NCBI GenBank assembly: GCA_963748815.1
Contig: CAVVKJ010000017.1
Span: forward strand, 32,001-96,000
DNA length: 64,000 bases
From: an uncultured Gemmatimonadales bacterium
GTDB taxonomy: Bacteria; Gemmatimonadota; Gemmatimonadetes; Gemmatimonadales; GWC2-71-9
Reading direction: 5' to 3'
In this document: positions 45,257-55,407 of the stretch, piece after piece
How positions within the stretch are numbered: the first letter of the stretch is position 1
How the letters are laid out: the number at the start of each line of letters is the position of its first letter
Made by a program: the position numbers and the translations under genes
Notes under the pieces: model-generated
What the model saw: the letters and a program-made list of their open reading frames with translations, nothing else
Told to the model about the DNA's origin: nothing
The model's database searches: none

Positions 45257-45873
45257 TGTCGGCCCTGCGCACCGCGGTCCTCAGCGTTGCCCTGCTGGTG
45301 GCGGGAGGGGAAGGGATTGCCATCGCCACCGACGGATTTCGGGCGTTCACGACCGAGACGGCGCGTCGGCTTGCGGTGCGCCGTCGGCCGGTCGGGCTTC
45401 CGGCGGTACCGCTCGAGAATCAATCCGGCGTGGCATTCACCGTGGACGATCTTCGTGGCCGGTGGGTGCTGGTGGATTTCATCTACACTCGCTGCCTGAC
45501 AATGTGTGCGGTGCTCGGCGGCGACTTCTCGCAACTCGAGCGCCAACTGGCGGAGCCGATTGCCCGGGGCAGGCTCCAGCTCCTGAGCGTCAGTTTCGAT
45601 CCGGCGCACGATGCGCCCGCCGACCTGGCCTCCTATCTCACACGGTTCCGGGGCCACGGGCCGGGTTGGGAGGCTGCGCGACCCGTCGCGGAGGAAGGGC
45701 TGAAACAGATCACCACGGCATTCGGAATCACGGTCATTCCGGATCAACTGGGTGGCTATACCCACAATGCGGCGATTCACCTCGTGGACCCCGCCGGCAG
45801 GCTGGTGGATATTTACGACGTGGGCCAAGTGGAGTTGGTCACGCGGTCCGTCCTGGACCGACTCACGCCGTGA
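45256..45873 (+). CDS. senC: SCO/SenC copper chaperone
   Basis: FIYTRCLTMC (CxxxC), SFDP, YTHN..LVD. Confidence 0.85.
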   Translation: MSALRTAVLSVALLVAGGEGIAIATDGFRAFTTETARRLAVRRRPVGLPAVPLENQSGVAFTVDDLRGRWVLVDFIYTRCLTMCAVLGGDFSQLERQLAEPIARGRLQLLSVSFDPAHDAPADLASYLTRFRGHGPGWEAARPVAEEGLKQITTAFGITVIPDQLGGYTHNAAIHLVDPAGRLVDIYDVGQVELVTRSVLDRLTP

Positions 45874-46688
45874 GGATCCCGCGCGGGTCGCATCCGCTCG
45901 GCGGGGGCGCGCTGATTGCGCTGGTGTCGCTCGTGCCGCCGGTTCGTCACGCTCTGGAAGCAAGCATGACGGCGCAAATGCTGGTGCAGATCCCGCTCCT
46001 CATCGGGGCGGGCTGCCTGCTCGCGCCTGTCGTCCCCACCCGTGTGCCGGCCCGCATCCATGCCTGGAATCAGGGCGGCGTTGCCGGGCTGATCCTGGCC
46101 ACCCTCGTCGCCACGTTCTGGATGCTGCCGCGCTCGCTCGATGCCTCCATTTCCCATCCGCTCATGGCGGCGGCAAAGCACCTCTCGGTGCCGCTCCTCA
46201 TCGGCCTGCCCTTTGCCCTGAGCTGGCCGAAGATGGGATTCGTCGTCAGGGGAGTCCTGCTGGCGGAGGTGGTCGCCACCTTTTTCCGTCTGGGCTGGCT
46301 GTACTGGGTGTCGCCCATCCGGCTGTGCAACAATTATGGACTGGATGACCAGCGGCGCCTGGGCGCCTACATGCTGGTCCTGGGTGGCGGGTTGTTGGCC
46401 TGGCTCGGCTGGAAGCTGCTCATGGGGCGCTTCGACTCAGGCGCACCCTCGCCGGGAAGCCTGCCCCCCGCAACGGATCACTGGGAGTGGACCCCCGCCG
46501 AGCTGTCCCCGGAGGCCGCGAGTGCCTACGAGGATGCGCGACTCCGTGGTCTGTGCCATGAGGGAGCACTGGAGGCAGCACTCGGAGCGGCACAACGGCT
46601 GCCTATCCCCACAGCGTCGCATCCGCCACCCGCCCTGTCTCGTCCAGCCGGCGCTCGTGTGCCGTCAGCAAGTCGCTCCGGGAAATGA
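45870..46688 (+). CDS. Membrane protein (CtaG-like / 'orf1' of norSY-senC clusters) with extended C-terminal tail
   Basis: LEASM..QMLVQIPLL, FWMLPR.LD, RLCNNY..DQ. Confidence 0.65.
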   Translation: MRIPRGSHPLGGGALIALVSLVPPVRHALEASMTAQMLVQIPLLIGAGCLLAPVVPTRVPARIHAWNQGGVAGLILATLVATFWMLPRSLDASISHPLMAAAKHLSVPLLIGLPFALSWPKMGFVVRGVLLAEVVATFFRLGWLYWVSPIRLCNNYGLDDQRRLGAYMLVLGGGLLAWLGWKLLMGRFDSGAPSPGSLPPATDHWEWTPAELSPEAASAYEDARLRGLCHEGALEAALGAAQRLPIPTASHPPPALSRPAGARVPSASRSGK

Positions 46689-48393
46689 TGCCGACCACCC
46701 TCCTCGATCCGTCCTCCGCCACCACCGGCAGGCGGCCCACCTTGGCGCGGACCATTCGATCCGCCGCGTCCCGAAGGGATTGGTGTCCCTCGATCACGAT
46801 GGGCGGGTGGAGGATGAGGGCGCGGAGCGGCGTGTCCTCCGCCACCTCGGGATTCTGGATATCCCGTCGAGTCAGGAGGCCCACCAGCCGGTCCTCCCCA
46901 TCGACGATTGGAAATCCCTGGTGGGTTGACGCATTTTCCCCCGACAGCCAGATCCGCGTCGCGGCCACCGTCGCGTCGGCGGGAAGTGTCACCACCGATC
47001 GGGTCGAGTGGTCCCGCACCAGGAGTCGCTCCAGGAAGTCCGCCGAGTATTCGGTGATGACCGGCGTGCCGCGCCGCGCGAGTCGCTCCGTCATGATGGT
47101 GTAGCGCATCGTACGGAGCGAGATCAGGTACGCCCCGGTGCACCCCGCGAGCAGCGGCAGGAGCCCCATCGGCTGGTGCGTCGCCTCGAAGGCGAAGACC
47201 ACTGACGCGAGGAGGGCTCGCGAGGCACCGGTGAACGCCGCGGCCATTCCCACCAGTCCGGCGACCCGGGGATCGATGCCCAGCATCGGGAGGAAGGCGG
47301 CTGCTCCAGCTCCGACCAGCACGCCGGCGCCACCACCGATCGTGAAGAGCGGCGCGAGCGTCCCGCCGGCGGTCCCGCTGCCGAGGGCAATCGACCAGGA
47401 AATCGATTTTGCGATGACGAGGAGGAGCAGTGCCTGCCCGGCCAGGCTGCCGTCCAGCAGGTGCTGGATGTTGTCGTACCCGACACCGAGGGTCCGCGGA
47501 GAGAGGTACCCCATTAGGCCGACCACGATGCCGCCGAGAGCCGGCCACCACATCCAGTGAATCGGGAGCCGCTCAAAGGCGTCCTCAATGCGGTAGAGCC
47601 CCTTGGTAATGACGACGCCAAACCAGCCGATGAGGACGCCGATGACGGTGTAGGCGGCCAGCGCCATCCCCGACGGAGTGGCAATGAACTCCATCGGGAA
47701 GACCGCAGCCGGACCGTGCACGGCGATGCGGAAGCCGGCCGCCGCTGCCGAAGCGAGCGCCACCGGTGCCAGCGATCGCGGCCGGTACTCGAAGAGGAGC
47801 AATTCGACAGCGAGGAGAGTCGCCGAGACCGGGGAGCCGAACACCGCCGACATGCCAGCCGCCGCGCCGGCCGCCAGCAGCGTCTTTCGCTCGTCGGCCG
47901 TGACCCGGAGCGCCTGCCCCACCAGCGACCCGAGGGCACCGCCGGAGGCGATGATCGGACCCTCGGCACCGAAGGGACCTCCGGTGCCGATCGAGATGGC
48001 GCTCCCGATGGGCTTCAGGAGGGTGACACGCGGGGGAACCCGGCTTTCGCCCACCAGCACCCGCTCCATGACCTCGGGAATCCCGTGACCACGGATTGCG
48101 GGGGAGCCCCAGCGCGCCACCACGCCGACCACCAAGCCGCCGAGGACAGGGATCCCGATCACCCAGGGGCCGAGGGTGTTCTCCGCGGGTGACGAGAAGG
48201 CGAGGGACCAGCGCCCGTAGAACGTCAGATTGGTGACGAGTCCGATGAGCGCCATGAGCGCCTCAGCCAGCACCCCGGCGCCAAGGGCAATGACGATGGC
48301 AAGCCCGGAAACGAGGAGCAGGCGTCGATCGGCTAGGGGAGCGAATGCGGGCGCGGAGTGGTGCGGCGCGGCGGCATGGTTTGATTCAGTCAC
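46603..48393 (-). CDS. CLC chloride channel / H+-Cl- antiporter with CBS domains
   Basis: GHGIPE, GAEGP, GGTLAP, GVGY; two C-terminal CBS domains. Confidence 0.9.
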   Translation of the reverse strand: MTESNHAAAPHHSAPAFAPLADRRLLLVSGLAIVIALGAGVLAEALMALIGLVTNLTFYGRWSLAFSSPAENTLGPWVIGIPVLGGLVVGVVARWGSPAIRGHGIPEVMERVLVGESRVPPRVTLLKPIGSAISIGTGGPFGAEGPIIASGGALGSLVGQALRVTADERKTLLAAGAAAGMSAVFGSPVSATLLAVELLLFEYRPRSLAPVALASAAAAGFRIAVHGPAAVFPMEFIATPSGMALAAYTVIGVLIGWFGVVITKGLYRIEDAFERLPIHWMWWPALGGIVVGLMGYLSPRTLGVGYDNIQHLLDGSLAGQALLLLVIAKSISWSIALGSGTAGGTLAPLFTIGGGAGVLVGAGAAAFLPMLGIDPRVAGLVGMAAAFTGASRALLASVVFAFEATHQPMGLLPLLAGCTGAYLISLRTMRYTIMTERLARRGTPVITEYSADFLERLLVRDHSTRSVVTLPADATVAATRIWLSGENASTHQGFPIVDGEDRLVGLLTRRDIQNPEVAEDTPLRALILHPPIVIEGHQSLRDAADRMVRAKVGRLPVVAEDGSRRVVGIISRSDLLTAHERRLDETGRVADATLWG

Positions 48394-48560
48394 GTGGCTC
48401 TACCGGATACAGAAGGTCACTGGCACTCGGGGAGCGGCGGTCCACCGGGAACTCGCCGGGATATCGCTGGCAGACAAGGTAGCAGGATTTGGCTGGTTGC
48501 TGAAGCGATTCGGTGTAACTCGTCCCCAAGTTTGCCCTCGGATGTTAGATTTCGCTTCCT

Positions 48561-48761
48561 ATGGACCGCAGCTCTTACCCCACGCGAAAACGCCGCCTCC
48601 GGGACCCGGAGGACTTTGTCGAACTGGATGCCCTCTCGCCTGCGGCTCGGCTGGCCATGGTATGGCCACTCACAATGCAGGCGTGGGCATTCCACACCGG
48701 GCTCACTCATGAACCCCGACTTTCTCGAGATGTTGTCCGCACTCTCCGAGGCGGGCGCTGA
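48561..48761 (+). CDS. Small hypothetical protein upstream of nucleotidyltransferase
   Basis: LSPAARLAMVWPLT..AW...EPRL.R; overlaps the downstream gene start. Confidence 0.55.
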   Translation: MDRSSYPTRKRRLRDPEDFVELDALSPAARLAMVWPLTMQAWAFHTGLTHEPRLSRDVVRTLRGGR

Positions 48762-49146
48762 GTTTCTGGTCGTCGGGGCCCACGCCTTGGCGGCTCACGG
48801 ACGCCCACGGGCGACGGGGGACCTCGATCTCTGGGTCCGCCCCACCCCGGACAATGCCGATCGGGTCTACGCCGCGCTCCGACGGTTCGGCGCGCCACTC
48901 GATGACCTGCGCGCGGCTGAGTTGACTCGTGCTGACTTGGTGTTCCAGATCGGCGTGGCGCCGGCCCGTATCGACCTGTTGACCAGCATTTCGGGCGTGA
49001 GCTTCGAGGAAGGCTGGGCGTCCCGCATCTCGGTCACGATTGGCACGCTGCAGGTCCCGGTGATCGGACGCGAGTGCCTCATCCAGAACAAGCGGGCGGC
49101 GGGGCGGCCCCGGGACCTTGCAGATATTGCGGAACTAGAGGAATAG
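48709..49146 (+). CDS. Nucleotidyltransferase (DUF6036 / AbiEii-like superfamily)
   Basis: VVGAHA..HG.PRATGDLDLW, RIDLL, L..NKRA.GRP.D.AD. Confidence 0.8.
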   Translation: MNPDFLEMLSALSEAGAEFLVVGAHALAAHGRPRATGDLDLWVRPTPDNADRVYAALRRFGAPLDDLRAAELTRADLVFQIGVAPARIDLLTSISGVSFEEGWASRISVTIGTLQVPVIGRECLIQNKRAAGRPRDLADIAELEE

Positions 49147-49212
49147 CACGGAGCCCAAACAGGCGCCCGTGCGGAACGCGCTCGACTCGAAAATTCGCCT
49201 CAAACGCCAGAC

Positions 49213-49249
49213 AAAAACCCCGCACCAGCACCTAAGCTGTTGCGGGGTC
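49213..49249 (-). terminator. Rho-independent terminator downstream of tRNA-Ile
   Basis: ACCCCGCA.CAGC-loop-GCTG.TGCGGGGT hairpin followed on the minus strand by a T-run. Confidence 0.6.
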
Positions 49250-49264
49250 GATATTTCAGGTCAG

Positions 49265-49338
<74 letters not shown>

Positions 49339-49427
49339 GGTTCACCGGCCACCTTCGGCCAGCCCGGGGAGGCGGTAGGATAACGGCGCTGCGGGACCGA
49401 TGCAACATTGTCGGCCCCGCGGGCACG

Positions 49428-49670
49428 CTATTCGTCCCAGTCCCCGCCGCGCTTGCGGCGCGGCTTCGGATCGTCCTCGTCGTCGATGTCGAATTCCTCG
49501 TCGTCGAGATCGTCGTCGTCCTTTTCCTCGTCGTCGAGCTCCTCGTCGTCGAGATCATCCTCGTCGTCTTCTTCCTCAAAACTGAAACCATCATCCTCGA
49601 ACTCGTCGGCATCCTCATCAAATCGCGGCTTCCGGCCCACGACCGCGGTCGACGTCTCCCAGGCCCACAT
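49428..49670 (-). CDS. Small highly acidic protein
   Basis: GGAGGG RBS; Asp/Glu-rich core flanked by basic patches. Confidence 0.65.
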   Translation of the reverse strand: MWAWETSTAVVGRKPRFDEDADEFEDDGFSFEEEDDEDDLDDEELDDEEKDDDDLDDEEFDIDDEDDPKPRRKRGGDWDE

Positions 49671-49714
49671 GGCTCCCTCCGGTGAAAAAATGGCTGACAG
49701 GTGCGGCGTGAAAC

Positions 49715-51577
49715 TCAGGACGCGTCGGCCACGCGGCTGGCGCGGCTGGCCCGCTTCCGGTCGATTGCCGAGAGATTCCGCTTGCGGAGCCGGATCGTCT
49801 TCGGCGTGACCTCGATCAGTTCATCCTCCTCGATGTACTCGAGGCCGTACTCCAGCGTGATGTCCCTCGGCGGCTCCAGGATGACGTTGTCGTCCGACGC
49901 GGTGGTCCGCATGTTCGACAACTTCTTTTCCTTGGTGACGTTCACGTCGAGGTCGCCGGGCCGGCTGTTTTCGCCCGCGATCATCCCCTCGTACACATGG
50001 TCGCTCGGCGCCACGAACATCTGCGCCCGCTCCTGCAGGTTGCCGAGCGCGAAGGCGACCACGCTGCCTTCGCGGTCCGCCACCAGCACCCCCCGCTTGC
50101 GCCCGGCCAGCGGACCGGCCCACGGTCCATAGTCGAGGAACCGGTGGTGAATGAGGCCGGTGCCGCGGGTGTCGGTCAGGAACTCCGACCGGTAGCCGAA
50201 GAGGCCGCGCGCCGGAATCCGGAACATCATGCGGACCATGCCCTGCCCCGGATTCTTGAGCTCCAGCATTTCGCTGCGCCGGGGCCCGAGCTTCTCGATG
50301 ACGGCGCCCATGTACTCCTCAGGCACGTCGATCATGAGCTCCTCGTACGGTTCCTGTCGCTCGCCGTTCGGGCCGACCTTTGTGATGACCCGCGGCCGCG
50401 ACACCTGGAACTCGAACCCCTCGCGGCGCATCGTCTCCATCAGGATGGCCAGGTGCAGCTCGCCGCGGCCGGAAACGGTGTGCGTGTCGGGACTCTCGGT
50501 CGGCTCCACTTTCAGCGCCACGTTGCGCTCCAGCTCCTTGAAGAGCCGGTCCCGGACCTGGCGGCTGGTGACGAACTTCCCCTCGCGACCGGCAAAGGGA
50601 CTGTTGTTGACGATGAAGTCCACCGAGATGGTGGGCTCCTCGACCGCGATCCCCTCCATCCGATCGAGGTGGTCGATCGCGGTGACGGTCCGGCCGATTT
50701 CGATCCCCTCCAGCCCGGCCAGGACCACGATGTCGCCCGCCACCGCCTCCTGGACCTCCACCCGGTTGAGCCCGTCGAAGGTGTAGAGCTTGGTGATCCG
50801 GCTCCGCTCCACCGCCTCCTCCGCCCCCACGAGGCCCGGGGCCCCGATCGGCAGCAGCGCCACCTGGTCGCCCACCCGAAGCGTGCCCCGCTCGATCCGC
50901 CCGATGCCCATCCGCCCGAGGAAGGTGGTGAAGTCGAGGGTGGAAATCAGCATCTGGAACGGACCGCTGGCATCGCTCGACGGCGGCGGCACGTGCCGGA
51001 GGATGGCATCGAAGAGCGGCGCCAGCTCGGTGCCCGGCTCGTCGAGTTCCACCGTGGCGGTCCCGTGGCGGCTCGACGTGTAGAGGAACGGCGCATCGAG
51101 CTGCTCGTGACTGGCCTCGAGATCGATGAACAACCCGAGCACCTCGTCGTGCACCCGCATCGGCTCCGCGTCCGGCCGGTCGATCTTGTTGATGGCCACG
51201 ATGGGCAGCAAGCCCAGGTCCAGCGCCTTCCGGGTCACGAACCGCGTCTGCGGCATCGGCCCCTCGGCCGCGTCCACCAGGATCAGGACGCCGTCCACCA
51301 TCCGCAGGATCCGCTCGACTTCGCCGCCGAAGTCGGCGTGGCCGGGGGTGTCCACGATGTTGATCTTGACGCCCTTCCACCGCACGGCCGTGTTCTTGGC
51401 CAGGATGGTGATGCCCCGCTCCCGCTCCAGCGGGTTGGAGTCCATGACGCGCTCGTCCACCTGCTGATTGGCCCGGAAGGCCCCCGCCTGACGAAGCATC
51501 TGGTCCACCAGCGTCGTCTTGCCGTGGTCCACGTGCGCGATGATGGCGATGTTGCGAATCTGCTCTGTACCTGCCAT
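49715..51577 (-). CDS. typA: Translational GTPase TypA/BipA
   Basis: [41 protein letters not shown]. Confidence 0.97.
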   Translation of the reverse strand: MAGTEQIRNIAIIAHVDHGKTTLVDQMLRQAGAFRANQQVDERVMDSNPLERERGITILAKNTAVRWKGVKINIVDTPGHADFGGEVERILRMVDGVLILVDAAEGPMPQTRFVTRKALDLGLLPIVAINKIDRPDAEPMRVHDEVLGLFIDLEASHEQLDAPFLYTSSRHGTATVELDEPGTELAPLFDAILRHVPPPSSDASGPFQMLISTLDFTTFLGRMGIGRIERGTLRVGDQVALLPIGAPGLVGAEEAVERSRITKLYTFDGLNRVEVQEAVAGDIVVLAGLEGIEIGRTVTAIDHLDRMEGIAVEEPTISVDFIVNNSPFAGREGKFVTSRQVRDRLFKELERNVALKVEPTESPDTHTVSGRGELHLAILMETMRREGFEFQVSRPRVITKVGPNGERQEPYEELMIDVPEEYMGAVIEKLGPRRSEMLELKNPGQGMVRMMFRIPARGLFGYRSEFLTDTRGTGLIHHRFLDYGPWAGPLAGRKRGVLVADREGSVVAFALGNLQERAQMFVAPSDHVYEGMIAGENSRPGDLDVNVTKEKKLSNMRTTASDDNVILEPPRDITLEYGLEYIEEDELIEVTPKTIRLRKRNLSAIDRKRASRASRVADAS

Positions 51578-51737
51578 TGGCCCCTGCACTTCATGCGAGA
51601 CTGCCCCTCAGACCCCATTCCACCCCACCCAACGGCGGCATATATAGCGGACTCCACGGGCCGGAGCAATGGTCAATTCCCCCGGGGCCGGACCCGGAAA
51701 CCTCGCGAGGGAACGGGAGGCCCGCTACCTTGCCGGA

Positions 51738-53066
51738 ATGGACCCGTCCACCTCGCCCGCCGTCGGCACTGGCCTGCTCGCCGTCGTCCTCCTCGTCCTC
51801 GCCAACGCCTACTTCGTGGCGGCCGAATTCGCCCTGGTCGGGGCCCGGCGCACCCGGCTCGACGAAATGGCCCTGGCCGGCGATCGGAAGGCCGTCCTGG
51901 CCCGCCGGGCCGTCCGCTCCCTCGACCGGTACATCTCCGCCACCCAGCTCGGCATTACCCTGGCCTCCCTCGGCCTCGGCTGGATCGGGAAGCCCGCCCT
52001 GGCCGGCCTCCTCGACGGGCTCTTCGCCTTCCTCCCCGAGACCGCCGCCGTCTGGACCACCCACGCCGTCTCGGCCGCCACCGCCTTCGCCATCATCACC
52101 GCCCTGCACATCGTCCTCGGCGAACTGGTGCCCAAGTCCCTGGCCCTGCTCTACCCGGAGGACGTGAGTCGGTGGGTGGCCGGCCCCCTGATCGGGTTCG
52201 GCTGGCTGATGGCCGGCCCCATTTCCCTGCTCAACGGCACCGCCAACTGGCTGCTCGGGCTCTTCAAGATCAAGCCCCGCGGCGACCACGAGCGCCTCCA
52301 TTCGACCGAAGAGATCCGGATGCTCGTCGAGCAGAGCCAGGTCGGCGGGTCGATGGAGACGGAGGACGCCCGGCTCCTCGAGGGGGTCTTCGAATTCAGC
52401 GAGAAGTCCGCTGAAGAGGTGATGACGCCGCGCACCCAGATCGTTGCACTCCCCGCCGACCTGCCGGTCACGGAGGCGGCCGACATCATCGCCGAGGCGG
52501 GGCGCTCGCGGTATCCGGTGTACGTGTCGAGCCTCGACGACATCGTCGGGGTAGTGCTCGCGAAGGACGTGCTCCGCGCGCTCCGCGCTGCCCCCACCGC
52601 CACGGTCGGGAGCATCAAGCGGGAGCCGCTCTTCGTGCCCGGCTCCCGCGAGGTCGAGGACGTCCTCACCGACATGAAGCGGCTCAAGACGCACTTCGCC
52701 GTGGTCCTCGACGAATACGGGGGCACGGCGGGGCTGGTGACGATGGAGGACCTGCTTGAGGAGATCGTCGGCGAGATCTTCGACGAACACGACGTCCCGG
52801 AGGAGGCCACGGCGGCGGGGGGCGGGGCGCCGCTGCTCGACGGCGCCATGACGCTCTCGGAGTTCAACGCCACCTGGGACGCCGACCTCGATGACCGCAA
52901 CTACACAACGCTCGGCGGCTTCCTCTTTGGCGAACTGGGCCGCCTGCCACGGGTGGGAGACCGGATCGTGGTGGGGACACGCACCTTCGAGATCGCGTCG
53001 ATGGAGGGGCGGAGGGTGAACGAGGTGAGGATGACGGTGGAGGAGGGAAAAGAGAAAGGGACTTGA
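51738..53066 (+). CDS. Hemolysin/CNNM (DUF21-CBS-CorC) family protein
   Basis: FVAAEFALV, TQLGIT..SL.LGW, GELVPK, DEYGGTAGLVTMED. Confidence 0.92.
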   Translation: MDPSTSPAVGTGLLAVVLLVLANAYFVAAEFALVGARRTRLDEMALAGDRKAVLARRAVRSLDRYISATQLGITLASLGLGWIGKPALAGLLDGLFAFLPETAAVWTTHAVSAATAFAIITALHIVLGELVPKSLALLYPEDVSRWVAGPLIGFGWLMAGPISLLNGTANWLLGLFKIKPRGDHERLHSTEEIRMLVEQSQVGGSMETEDARLLEGVFEFSEKSAEEVMTPRTQIVALPADLPVTEAADIIAEAGRSRYPVYVSSLDDIVGVVLAKDVLRALRAAPTATVGSIKREPLFVPGSREVEDVLTDMKRLKTHFAVVLDEYGGTAGLVTMEDLLEEIVGEIFDEHDVPEEATAAGGGAPLLDGAMTLSEFNATWDADLDDRNYTTLGGFLFGELGRLPRVGDRIVVGTRTFEIASMEGRRVNEVRMTVEEGKEKGT

Positions 53067-53160
53067 GGACTTGGACGGGCGGAAGGAGAAAAGAGCAAGG
53101 CGGATTTCTCTGAACATCCTGAACCCCCCTTTTCCTTCGACTTTTCGCCCCTCCAAGTCC

Positions 53161-54097
53161 CTAGTCCTCTTTCTCCTTCCTCCCCTTTCCCGCCAGCCGC
53201 ACCGCCAGTTCCAGCGCCGCCCGCATGCTGGACGGGTCCGCCTGCCCTGTCCCCGCGATGTCGAACGCGGTGCCGTGATCGGGGCTGGTCCGCGGAAACG
53301 GCAACCCGAGCGTCACGTTCACCGCCTGCCCGAACGACGCCACCTTGATCGCGGTCATCCCCACGTCGTGATAGGGCGCCAGGACGGCGTCAAACTCCCC
53401 CCGCATCGCCCGCACGAAGACGGTGTCCGCCGGCAGCGGCCCGGCGGCACCGAGCGCCCGGGCGGCGGGCCGCGAGCACGCGGGCGTCCTCGTCGCCGAA
53501 CAGCCCGCCTTCGCCGGCGTGCGGATTGAGCGCGCAGACCGCGAGGCGCGGGGCCGCGATGCCGAACCACTTCCGCAGCGCCGCCTGCGTGACGCGACCG
53601 ACGCGGACCACCCGGTCGTGGGTCACCAGCGCCGGCACATCGCGGAGCGCCACGTGCGTGGTCACGAGCACGACGCGGAGCCGCTCCGAGGCGAGCATCA
53701 TCGCCACATCCACCCCGCCGGCCAGTTCCGCGAGCCACTCGGTATGCCCCGGCCACGCGAACCCCGCCTGGTGCAGCGCGTGCTTGTGCACCGGCCCGGT
53801 TACGATCGCGTCGACCTCGCCGGACAAGGCCAGGGCGGCCGCGCGCTCGATGGCGTGGCCGGCGATCCGTCCCGCCTGCACCACGCGCGAGGGGCCCGGA
53901 GTCACGGAGAGCTGTTCTCCGGAGCCCAGGCCCCACGGTCCCACGATGATGCGATGATCGGCCCGGACCGCGGCCACCTGGTCGTCCGCGCCGAGGACGG
54001 TGACCTCCGCGTCCAGCGGCGCGTCGAGGGCGCGGGCGATGACTTCCGGCCCGATCCCGCGTGGATCGCCGAGCGTGACGGCGATCCTCGGCGTCAC
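53161..54097 (-). CDS. pdxA: 4-hydroxythreonine-4-phosphate dehydrogenase (frameshift near 53465)
   Basis: [39 protein letters not shown]. Confidence 0.92.
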
Positions 54098-55407
54098 AGC
54101 GGCCGGACCTCGATGTGCGCCGATCGGCGCAGCTGCTCGACGTATCGTTGCTCGGCCAGCTGGACGCTCAGCATGTTGCGGATGCCATCGCGCACGTCGT
54201 CGTAGGAAATCTCCCCCTCCGGCGACACGTTGATCACGTAGGCCACGACGAACTTGCTGCGGTTATTGGGTGCCTCGAGCATGAAGACGGGCACCACGGT
54301 GCCGGAGTCGGCGTTGGCCAGGGCGGCCTGGTAGGCCGGCGGGAGCTGGGCGAGCGCCACCTGCTTGGCCTCGCGCTCCTCGGCCTGGTCGTGATACACC
54401 CGCTGGAGGGAGTCGAACGACGCGCCGTTCCGCGCCTCGATCGCGATCAGGTCCGCCAGCTCGCGCGCCGCCTGCGCGTCGGCGTCGGTCACCGACGGCA
54501 TGATCAGGATGTGGCGGACGTCGATTTCCGAGGGCTGGGTGCGCTTGACCTGGATGATGTGGTAGCCGAACGGCGATTCCACCGGAAAGGAGATGACCCC
54601 CACGCGGAGACTGAACGCCGCCTTTTCAAACTCGGGCGCCAGCGGCGGGCCGCGCCGCAACCAACCGAGGTCGCCCCCCTGCTCCCTGGACCCGGGATCC
54701 TGCGAAAACCGCCGCGCCGCCGTCGCGAAGTCGGCTCCCCCCCGCAGCGCCACCGCAATGGAATCCGCCTGCTTGAAGGCCGCAGCTTTCGAGGCCGAGT
54801 CGGCCCGGGGCGCCACCACGATCTGCTTGAAGGAGATGGTGGCGGGACGCTTCCCCAGCCGGCCCTTCTGCGTCTCGTAGAAGTCCCGCATCTGCTGTTC
54901 CGTCGGGGACACCGGCTTGAGTTTCTCCCGGTCGCGGAGCGAGGTCTTGAGCGCCTCCTCAAGCGCCTCCCGCCGCTGCTGATCGGTCAGCCACCGGCGG
55001 TATTCCTCCGGGCTGCCGAACCCCGCCTTCTTGAGCTCGTTGCGATAGTCCACCTCGCTGGTGAACCCCTGCCGCACCCGCTTGATCTGCTGCTCCACCC
55101 GCGCGGCCACTTCCTGGTCGGTCACCTTGATGGAAGTATCCCGCAGCGCTTCCTGCACCATCAGTTCCTGGTTGATCAGCCGGTTGAGGGCCTCCTCCCG
55201 CAGGGCGCGCATCGCGGCGGAATCCCCCTCCGGAAGCTTGACCCCCGAGGCCTGCTGCGAGAAAAGCGCCTCGTCCAGCTGGGAGGCCAGCAACGGCTTG
55301 TTGCCGACCACAGCGACCACCCGGTCCACCACGACCGACTCCCCCTGCGCGGCCGCCGGAGCGGCCGCCAGGAGGATCAGGCACGCCAGCAGGAACGAGA
55401 GCCGCAT
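54094..55407 (-). CDS. surA: SurA-like peptidylprolyl isomerase
   Basis: VDRVVAVV, parvulin domain (SQDPGS..GGDLG, FGYHII); upstream of pdxA. Confidence 0.8.
   Translation of the reverse strand: MRLSFLLACLILLAAAPAAAQGESVVVDRVVAVVGNKPLLASQLDEALFSQQASGVKLPEGDSAAMRALREEALNRLINQELMVQEALRDTSIKVTDQEVAARVEQQIKRVRQGFTSEVDYRNELKKAGFGSPEEYRRWLTDQQRREALEEALKTSLRDREKLKPVSPTEQQMRDFYETQKGRLGKRPATISFKQIVVAPRADSASKAAAFKQADSIAVALRGGADFATAARRFSQDPGSREQGGDLGWLRRGPPLAPEFEKAAFSLRVGVISFPVESPFGYHIIQVKRTQPSEIDVRHILIMPSVTDADAQAARELADLIAIEARNGASFDSLQRVYHDQAEEREAKQVALAQLPPAYQAALANADSGTVVPVFMLEAPNNRSKFVVAYVINVSPEGEISYDDVRDGIRNMLSVQLAEQRYVEQLRRSAHIEVRPL

Noticed and set aside
49480..49625. TCGTCG-type tandem repeat or CRISPR array
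   Set aside because: These are Asp/Glu codons of the acidic protein; no repeat-spacer structure and no cas genes in the window.
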